Made by a program: the position numbers and the translations under genes. Below are positions 9,007 to 15,754 of a DNA stretch of 24,583 bases, piece by piece. The DNA is from Fibrobacterota bacterium. GTDB taxonomy: Bacteria > Fibrobacterota > Fibrobacteria > UBA11236. Position 1 is the first letter of the stretch; each line of letters opens with the position of its first letter. The notes under the pieces are model-generated. The model searched no databases. It saw only the letters and a program-made list of their open reading frames with translations, and was not told the DNA's origin. The stretch lies in the NCBI GenBank assembly GCA_043753995.1, contig JAYUVP010000323.1:1-24583 (forward strand), in the 5' to 3' direction.

Positions 9007-9837
9007 GTGGTTGATTATAACGAACAGCTTTACTTCCGCGACCTTTACCGGCACGAAGTCATTACGCCGGACGAGGAAAAAGAGCTGGTCTTGAAGGTCA
9101 AGGTGGGTGACAGCAAGTCACTCAATCGCCTCATTCTCGGCAATTTGCGCTTTGTGGTTTCCATTGCTCGCCGCTATCAGGGCAAGGGCCTCTCCCTGCT
9201 CGAACTCATCAATGAAGGCAATCTCGGACTTTACAAAGCCGCCAAGCGCTATGACCCCAGCCGCGAAGTGAAATTCATTTCTTATGCGGTGTGGTGGATT
9301 CGCCAAAGCATACAGAAGGCCTTATTCGAGCAAGTCGGCGCGGTGCGCGTGCCTCCCAATAAATTGGCGCTCGTCAATAAGTTCAAGAAAGCCTTGGTGC
9401 AAAACGGCGGTGATTACGAAAAGACCGTCAATCTCCCCGATTTCGTCGAGCATGAAAAAGAAATCGCCGAGGTCATGGAGAAAATCGCCGACGTATCGCT
9501 CAATGCCCCCATTGGCGCCGACAGTGATGCCCGCGATCCCGTCACCACCTTGCTTGACGTCCTTGGCAATGAGGGCAATCAAGAGCCCGACAGCGAAAAA
9601 GCCGAACTCGCCCGCGTCATCGATTCGGTGCTCGGCCAAATGAGCGAGCGCGAGGAAAAAGTCCTGCGCATGTATTACGGCATCAACTATTCCCGCGAAT
9701 TCACCCTCGACGAAATCGGCAAAGAGCTCAAGCTCACCCGTGAACGCGTTCGCCAAATCAAAAACAAGTCGTTACGGAAATTACTGCGCAGCAAGGACAG
9801 CAAGGATCGCTTGTTGCCTTTTGTGTCGGAACCGTAA
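9007..9837 (+). CDS. RNA polymerase sigma-70 factor, RpoD/RpoS-like, lacking region 1.1
   Basis: NLRFVVSIARRY, ELINEGNLGL, KFISYAVWWIRQSI (region 2) and TLDEIGKELKLTRERVRQI (region 4.2). GTG start with AAGGGG upstream. Confidence 0.92.
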   Translation: MVDYNEQLYFRDLYRHEVITPDEEKELVLKVKVGDSKSLNRLILGNLRFVVSIARRYQGKGLSLLELINEGNLGLYKAAKRYDPSREVKFISYAVWWIRQSIQKALFEQVGAVRVPPNKLALVNKFKKALVQNGGDYEKTVNLPDFVEHEKEIAEVMEKIADVSLNAPIGADSDARDPVTTLLDVLGNEGNQEPDSEKAELARVIDSVLGQMSEREEKVLRMYYGINYSREFTLDEIGKELKLTRERVRQIKNKSLRKLLRSKDSKDRLLPFVSEP

Positions 9838-10390
9838 AGGGAGAGGTTTCTCCCTCGGTCGAGCCTCCTCGGCTTTGTACGGGGTGGCTGATGTTCGGCC
9901 ATGAAAATTGGGCTCGCGGGTCCTCGGCCCAGGAGCGGCCCTGGAGTCAATGGCCTGCGGAGCGAGCCCGATTTTCAGGCGCTCACCGCCACCCCTCCGC
10001 AATCCCCAGGGGATTCGGCACGGGACCGGCCCCCCACTTTAAGCGGTTCTAGTGCCGGTAGTATTTCCCTGGAGCAAGCAATGCCTGCGGGGTCTCTCCC
10101 TGCCCTCTCAACGGGGGCCTGGCCCCCGTAACGCCCCTGTGACTCCCCCTGTTTGTTTATGCATTTCCCTGGGCGCGAAGGCGGTCGGCGCTTTGCGCCT
10201 TCCTGTTCGCGTGCTTCCGGGGTATTACCTATGGGCTTGCAGGGGATATCGGCGTGCGCCAAGGGCTGCGGTGGACGTCTCCGAAGAGGCTCGCTCCGCA
10301 GCGAGTGAAGCGAGTGAGGACCGCGAGCTTCTTCGGAGACGGAAACGTCTGCGGCCCGCCCCTTTTTGCGCGTTTCCCTGGGGGCTTGCG
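9838..10390 (+). repeat. Structured intergenic repeat element, copy 2, with an extra 3' hairpin module
   Basis: Blocks 9846-9873, 10002-10019, 10063-10075, 10083-10101 and 10173-10210 match copy 1. Stems at 9881-9888/9988-9995 and 9902-9917/9962-9977. Extra 18-bp stem 10277-10294/10323-10340. Confidence 0.85.
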
Positions 10391-10409
10391 ATTTCGGATA
10401 GGATTTGAT

Positions 10410-12119
10410 TTACCTAGGTGACCTTGGTTCCAATTGCAAAGCATTTAGGTTGCGGCCCGAGACGGTCCATGGTTTGAGCCTAGCCGCCCTTCTATGGGTC
10501 CGGGAGGATTTGGATCCTTTGAGAAGAGGGCTGGGTACGGCGGTCTGTAAAAATTTCAGCAAGGTAGGCACGTGAATATGTCCATACCCCGAGGCTCCTG
10601 AATGGGGTGGCTCGACTTGGGCCGTATAAACCAACCGGTCTCCCATGTCGCTCACCTGGGGTATCGAATGCATATGGGCCAAGGGGCCACCTCGCAATAC
10701 GCCGAGAGAAACAATGCCTTGCGAGACGAGGCTGTCATACCTGAAGAGAAAAATTCCTGAAGAATTGGGTTTGGCCTGATTGGCGGGAGATTCGTCATGG
10801 GCAAGGGCCAAGGCCATCAGTGGTGTAGGATAGCGAATCGAGTCCTGGGGGAAAACAGTTAAGCCTAATGGCCTTTGGGTCACCGTGGACATCACGCGGG
10901 CTTCAGGCAAGATGCCATCGGGTCTTAGGGTTTGCACCCGAATTTCCACACGATAAGGCTGGCTCAAACAACAGGTTCCTGGATAGGCCTGGTTATCGCG
11001 ATAGGCCATCCATTCATGGTAATCGGGAATTTTATCGCCATCGATGTCGTCGAATTGAATTCCCATCCTCAAGCCATCCCGATGAGGCGTTGATTTGAGG
11101 ATGCGCGATTCGGGTGAGGAATCGCCGGTAAAATGACGAAAGCCTTCCACCAGCCATTCTTGCGAACCCTGGCTTATCCTTCGGGTAATGGCGAGCAAAT
11201 CGGGTAGGGAATCATATCTCCATAGTGAGTCCCGATAATTTCCGACGGCAAGAGTGCGTGTCAAACCCAAACGCGATGGCTCGGTAGAATCAGGTAGATC
11301 CATATCGCCACGGGCCGTCAATAATTTTTCGGTGAGATTCTTTAAACTCTCCGAGTGCACGAGTAGGACTTGTATGCGACCGGGATGTCCTGCCAGGCCC
11401 ACGGCGATATCCGGATAATCGTCCCTATCGAATTTGCCAATAGTTACAGAGGCGGGACTTCCCTTGAGCAAAACCGAAGTGTCGGGGCGCGCCTCCAAGC
11501 ATTGCTCCAAGGAACAACCAGGCTGGAGGGTTCTAAAATTGTAGAGGTCTAGGAAATAACTCGAATCAATTCTTCTCACCATGGCTATGCCTCGATAGAA
11601 CTTATCTGGAAACGCTTCCATGACAAGCATCACATCGGCATATTTTCCTGGAGGCAAGGATTTTTTTTCTAAAAGTCCAAAACCATGATACCCTCCCCTT
11701 GTGGCCCATAAACCAATGGAATCGCTCCAGCCATTATGGGAGGAGCCCTCAAGCACCAAATGGTCGTGAATCACGTCAGCGCCATTATGAAATAAACCCA
11801 AGGCTAGGGGCCGAAGTTGCATCTGGAATGCATTCGCACCCTCGGGCAATTGTCCCCCATCGGTCAGCCCACGGGAATCGTTAAAGACGCCCGTATCCCA
11901 CTTTAGCTCCGAATTCACCGGCTCGTTGGGGAACGAGAATAATCCACCGCCAAAATCACCTTGCAAGGCGAGGGGGAGGGTGGCGTGAAAATCGCGGAAG
12001 ATTTGTAGCGAATCCTCTCGCGCCAGGGCGGATTGATTTCCGGAAGGAGAATTTGCTGCGGAAACGGGTATTAGAAAAATCGTCAGTGTTAGCCAGAATT
12101 CATGCCTTTGCATATTCAC
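10410..12119 (-). CDS. Secreted hypothetical protein with degenerate FG-GAP/VCBS-like repeats
   Basis: Signal peptide-like N-terminus (FWLTLTIFLIPVSAA). Ca-binding-loop-like motifs GKFDRDDYPDIAVG, GNYRD...DSLPDLLAI and DDIDGDKIPDY. Start could be GTG 12119 or ATG 12113. Confidence 0.7.
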   Translation of the reverse strand: MNMQRHEFWLTLTIFLIPVSAANSPSGNQSALAREDSLQIFRDFHATLPLALQGDFGGGLFSFPNEPVNSELKWDTGVFNDSRGLTDGGQLPEGANAFQMQLRPLALGLFHNGADVIHDHLVLEGSSHNGWSDSIGLWATRGGYHGFGLLEKKSLPPGKYADVMLVMEAFPDKFYRGIAMVRRIDSSYFLDLYNFRTLQPGCSLEQCLEARPDTSVLLKGSPASVTIGKFDRDDYPDIAVGLAGHPGRIQVLLVHSESLKNLTEKLLTARGDMDLPDSTEPSRLGLTRTLAVGNYRDSLWRYDSLPDLLAITRRISQGSQEWLVEGFRHFTGDSSPESRILKSTPHRDGLRMGIQFDDIDGDKIPDYHEWMAYRDNQAYPGTCCLSQPYRVEIRVQTLRPDGILPEARVMSTVTQRPLGLTVFPQDSIRYPTPLMALALAHDESPANQAKPNSSGIFLFRYDSLVSQGIVSLGVLRGGPLAHMHSIPQVSDMGDRLVYTAQVEPPHSGASGYGHIHVPTLLKFLQTAVPSPLLKGSKSSRTHRRAARLKPWTVSGRNLNALQLEPRSPR

Positions 12120-12313
12120 CTCGTAACGACGGTCATTGTTTTCATTGCACCGAACCGTTCTTTCAATGCAAGACCGAAGGCTTCGATTATTTTATGCCTT
12201 AGCTGTACATGGCCCTAGTACGGCTCTGACGCCTTTTGGTTGGGGAATACTTCCCAGGTCATCAGGCCATTTTGCCTTTCTTTTGTAACGGACCGTTTAG
12301 TCGCGCCTATCCC

Positions 12314-13375
12314 TTACTTCGCACCCGGCAATTCTACCGTCCGCCCATTGCTTCGAAATGCGCCCTTCTCTGCATCCTTAGTGAACACGGCGGTACCTTC
12401 GAATCGATTGAGGCGAATGCGGCCTTCGGCTGCCCCCTGGGGGCGCAAGTTGGCAGAGCGAATCGCCGTCGAACCGGGACGAACGCGACCGGCGATTTTG
12501 AGTTGGACCTTATAGCATCCGCCATCGCCCGTCATATACAGGGTTTTGCGATCGGGGCCGCCGAAGGCGCAATTCGAGGTATTGCCCATGGCTCCCGAAG
12601 AGAACCGTTTGCCTTGCACATCCTTGCTATCGATGGCGATACTGCCGAGCTCCTTGCCAGTAGAATCGTGTACGTAAAACTTTCCCGCTGACCAGTTGGC
12701 GCGATAGAGATTGCCCGCTTCATCAAAGGTCAAGCCGTCCGTGGCTCCCGCGAATTGGGCGCAAGCGCCGATTTCTCCGGTGCTATTGTTCACGGCGCAT
12801 TTCTGCAAGTTATTGCCGCCGATATAGAGGGTGCTTTTTTCTTCAATCCATTCCACGCCATTCGCGCCACTCACCGTCTTGGTTTTGAATTGCCCATCGG
12901 GGCTGCGATAAAAAACCGTATTGCCGCCCAGATTGGAAAAGAAGACAGCTCCGGTGGAATTGATGGTGATGTCATTTACGCGCGCCAAATTCATAGTGCC
13001 GCTTTTGGCTGCCAAGACCGTGACCTTGCCATCGGTTTCGATGCGCAGCACGCTGTCGAGCATGCAAATATGCAGGCGTCCCTGATTGTCGAATTCGAGG
13101 CCATTCGATCCGCGGCTGGGATCTTTGAATACCGACTTTTCGCCGGTGGGAGTGATTTTCCAAATACGGCCGGTATTGATGTCCGGGTCTTCAGAGAAAA
13201 ACAAATTGCCGTTTAAATCGAAAGCGGGTCCCTCGGAATAGGAGAGTCCTTCGTGTACAGATTCCACCGTGGCGCCTGCATCCGCTATCGAAGTGGGCAA
13301 GGTGACGGTGTGGGCCCAAAGGCCTTGCGCCGACACTAAAAGCAGACCCAATTTCGCATTCCTTGACATGGTCAT
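12314..13375 (-). CDS. SMP-30/gluconolactonase/LRE family secreted beta-propeller protein
   Basis: SEGPAF, SNGLEFD, NDITI, ANGVEW, DGLTFDEAGNLY and NCAFGGPDRKTLYMT motifs. Start moved to ATG 13375 (GAGG RBS, followed by a signal peptide). Confidence 0.88.
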   Translation of the reverse strand: MTMSRNAKLGLLLVSAQGLWAHTVTLPTSIADAGATVESVHEGLSYSEGPAFDLNGNLFFSEDPDINTGRIWKITPTGEKSVFKDPSRGSNGLEFDNQGRLHICMLDSVLRIETDGKVTVLAAKSGTMNLARVNDITINSTGAVFFSNLGGNTVFYRSPDGQFKTKTVSGANGVEWIEEKSTLYIGGNNLQKCAVNNSTGEIGACAQFAGATDGLTFDEAGNLYRANWSAGKFYVHDSTGKELGSIAIDSKDVQGKRFSSGAMGNTSNCAFGGPDRKTLYMTGDGGCYKVQLKIAGRVRPGSTAIRSANLRPQGAAEGRIRLNRFEGTAVFTKDAEKGAFRSNGRTVELPGAK

Positions 13376-13486
13376 GAAAACCTCATTCTTGGCTGCTAGA
13401 ATAGCTTGAAAGGGGCAAATCCGCACGGTAATTGAGCCTTTCCGAAACAATGTTCGAATCTGTACCGAATGGCGCACCGGCCACCT

Positions 13487-13717
13487 CTATTCCGGTTTGA
13501 TTTTTCCGGCTTCGCGACGTAAAGCTTCGGTAGCTAAACCTTGTGCTTTCAATATTCGCTGCACGGTAGGTCCACTAATCGGCAGACTCTTTAAGACCAG
13601 GTAATAGGCGATGCGATCGCAGCCCCAATCGGGATAAGCCAAGGCCAATTCTTTTACCCGATCTATCCAAACGGGGTCTTGCCATTTCCCCTGGCCGTTT
13701 TGGGCTTTTTTGGTCAT
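13487..13717 (-). CDS. Small helix-turn-helix protein resembling the IS481/IS3 transposase HTH domain
   Basis: VKELALAYPDWGCDRIAYYL...ISGPTVQRILKAQGL matches the 'P.WG.rrIa..L....vS..TV.RiL...GL' pattern. No DDE domain follows. Start ATG 13717 is likely, 13771 possible. Confidence 0.65.
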   Translation of the reverse strand: MTKKAQNGQGKWQDPVWIDRVKELALAYPDWGCDRIAYYLVLKSLPISGPTVQRILKAQGLATEALRREAGKIKPE

Positions 13718-13752
13718 GGTGCCGCCTTTAAGAGTAAGGGGGGCGAATAGTC

Positions 13753-13797
13753 TTGACGAGCTTTCGTCCATTGAATAAACTAAGACTAAGTCTCAAT
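13753..13797 (+). promoter_or_regulatory. Sigma70-type promoter overlapped by a Fur-like inverted repeat
   Basis: TTGACG (13753-13758), 17-nt spacer, TAAACT (13776-13781). ACTAAGACT-A-AGTCTCAAT (13779-13797) is a 9-1-9 dyad with 7/9 symmetric positions, directly upstream of an iron-uptake operon. Confidence 0.65.
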
Positions 13798-13864
13798 CTA
13801 ATCAAGAAGCCAGGGGAATCTTGTTGCTCAGGAATCGCCTGCTTTTTGAAACGGAAGAATCACC

Positions 13865-14509
13865 ATGACAAACTTGATTTCGGATACAGCCTTTCATGCC
13901 GTAGAGCGGGCCTTGCTCGCCTTGGTCCTGGGTTTAGGCCTGGTCACTATCGTGATCTTCGCCTGGCGCTGGAAAGTGGTTCAGTCGGTTCGGCATCAGG
14001 CGAGGCCCTGGCTCGACAAGTTGTCTCGCAATTTGCCACCCCAGGAAGAGCAAGGAGAATCGGGGCTCGGGGCATTGGCGGGCGAGTCTGGAGCGGCGGC
14101 GCGCATGGTACGCCTGGGCATGGCCCAATCAGATTTGACTCCCGAGGCCTTGGACAAGGTATTGGAAGTGCAAGAGATGCGCGAAATGCAAACTCTTGGG
14201 CGAGGGGCTTCCTTTATCGGAACCGTTGGCGCCAACGCGCCATTTCTGGGGTTAACCGGCACGGTACTGGGCATTTTAGCTGCTTTTCGCCGCATGGCCG
14301 AACAAGGCGGAAGCGGCGGCGTTGAAGTCATGACTGCCATTGCCGGAGCTTTGATTGCGACGGCGGCCGGATTGCTGGTGGCCATTCCTGCCGTGGTGCT
14401 TTTCAATTTGCTCAAGGCGCAAATACGCGGCGCCCGCGAAGATTTGAATATGGTGCGAAGCCTTTTGGTGGCAAGAAGCCTGCAAGCTGTGGCCCGCGAG
14501 GTGTACTGA
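13865..14509 (+). CDS. exbB: MotA/TolQ/ExbB proton channel protein
   Basis: IGTVGANAPFLGLTGTVLGI and AIAGALIATAAGLLVAIPAVVLFN motifs. TGATG coupling to exbD. Confidence 0.9.
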   Translation: MTNLISDTAFHAVERALLALVLGLGLVTIVIFAWRWKVVQSVRHQARPWLDKLSRNLPPQEEQGESGLGALAGESGAAARMVRLGMAQSDLTPEALDKVLEVQEMREMQTLGRGASFIGTVGANAPFLGLTGTVLGILAAFRRMAEQGGSGGVEVMTAIAGALIATAAGLLVAIPAVVLFNLLKAQIRGAREDLNMVRSLLVARSLQAVAREVY

Positions 14510-14916
14510 TGGCTCTTCCGCAATCGCAAGACGACGATGGCATGTATGCCATCAATATCACGCCCCTGGTTGACATTTTCCTGGTGCTGCTCATCTTGGT
14601 GATGATTTCTTCTTCCTTGCTCGATCACCGAGAAATCCCCGTGAGTGTGCCGCAAGCGGCGCATGCGGGAGAGAAAGCGCCCAAGGCTTCGGGCCTAACC
14701 ATGTCTTTGGATCGGCGCGTGTTTTTAAATGGCAAGGAAAGCGATTCCGCTTCGGTGATCTTGGCATTAAAGGCGGAGGTTGCCGCTGACTCTAGCCACC
14801 AAGTTTTGATTGCCGCCGACAAGGGCTTGCTCTACGAAGACGTGACGAGGCTTTTGGATTGGGTGCGCGGAGCAGGGATACGCAAATACGCCCTCAAGGT
14901 CGAGAAGTCCGGCTAA
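14509..14916 (+). CDS. exbD: Biopolymer transporter ExbD/TolR
   Basis: INITPLVDIFLVLLILVMI transmembrane motif and VLIAADKGLLYEDV. Confidence 0.9.
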   Translation: MALPQSQDDDGMYAINITPLVDIFLVLLILVMISSSLLDHREIPVSVPQAAHAGEKAPKASGLTMSLDRRVFLNGKESDSASVILALKAEVAADSSHQVLIAADKGLLYEDVTRLLDWVRGAGIRKYALKVEKSG

Positions 14917-14950
14917 GGCTGAAATCATCAGCAGCAAAAAAAACCAGACC

Positions 14951-15694
14951 ATGCCCATTTTACTACAACCGAATCTCGGTCGCAGGCGCAAGCGAAAAAG
15001 CCCCAAGCCATCCGTTTTTCAAGCCGTGGTTTTGCCTTCGCTTTCCGAGAAGCAAGGACGCTTTGCCGGCGCAACTTGGATCCGTGGGTCGGCGGTTTTT
15101 TTGGTTTTGGTCATGGTCACCGCTATTCTCTGGAGCCCGCGTCCAAAGCCTCTTCCGGAGAAAAATGAAATCTTCGTTTTCGAGGAAGAATCACCTCCGC
15201 TACCTCCTCCACCGGTCGAACCTCCGCCACCTCCTCCCGATCCGGAGCCGCTTAAGCCCGAGCCTTTGCCGGAAGAGCCGCCCCCTCCGCCGCAATTCGG
15301 TTTGCAAGAAGAGGCGCTTAGTGAAACGGGCGACTTGGCCGTGGCGACGGGCAATACCCTGCAAGTGGCTGCGGATTCGGTGATCTCTCCTGCGCCGCCG
15401 CCTCTGCCGCCCGCGCCCATCTTGATGGATCAGCCTCCCGGCATTCTGTCGGGGGTAACTCCGGAGTATCCCCCGCGCGCCTTGGATCGGGGTTTGGAAG
15501 GTACGGTCATCGCCCTCATCACCATAGACACCGCCGGCAAGGTGACCCAAGTCATAGTCGAAAAAAGCGCGGGCATTGATTTCGACAATGTCGTCCTGGC
15601 TTCGGCGCAGAAGACGCGATTTCAACCGCCCATGCGACATGGCCGCAGGGTGGCGGCAAAATTCCGTCGGCCTTATGAATTCAAGCTGGAATAA
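14951..15694 (+). CDS. tonB: Energy transducer TonB
   Basis: TM segment, Pro-rich linker and C-terminal PEYPPRALDRGLEGTV...IDTAGKV...FQPPM domain. Confidence 0.88.
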   Translation: MPILLQPNLGRRRKRKSPKPSVFQAVVLPSLSEKQGRFAGATWIRGSAVFLVLVMVTAILWSPRPKPLPEKNEIFVFEEESPPLPPPPVEPPPPPPDPEPLKPEPLPEEPPPPPQFGLQEEALSETGDLAVATGNTLQVAADSVISPAPPPLPPAPILMDQPPGILSGVTPEYPPRALDRGLEGTVIALITIDTAGKVTQVIVEKSAGIDFDNVVLASAQKTRFQPPMRHGRRVAAKFRRPYEFKLE

Positions 15695-15754
15695 TTGCAG
15701 CCCCTGAATCAAGCCGACCTTTTCCATCACTTTATTTCAACCCAGGAACGATGA

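Noticed and set aside
13376..13477. N-terminal extension of the gluconolactonase ORF
   Set aside because: The RBS and signal peptide support ATG 13375.
14936..14943. A8 tract upstream of tonB as a phase-variation site
   Set aside because: Short and intergenic. The flanking genes are intact and nothing indicates slippage.
15190..15420. CCN-rich low-complexity repeats
   Set aside because: They encode the normal proline-rich TonB linker.
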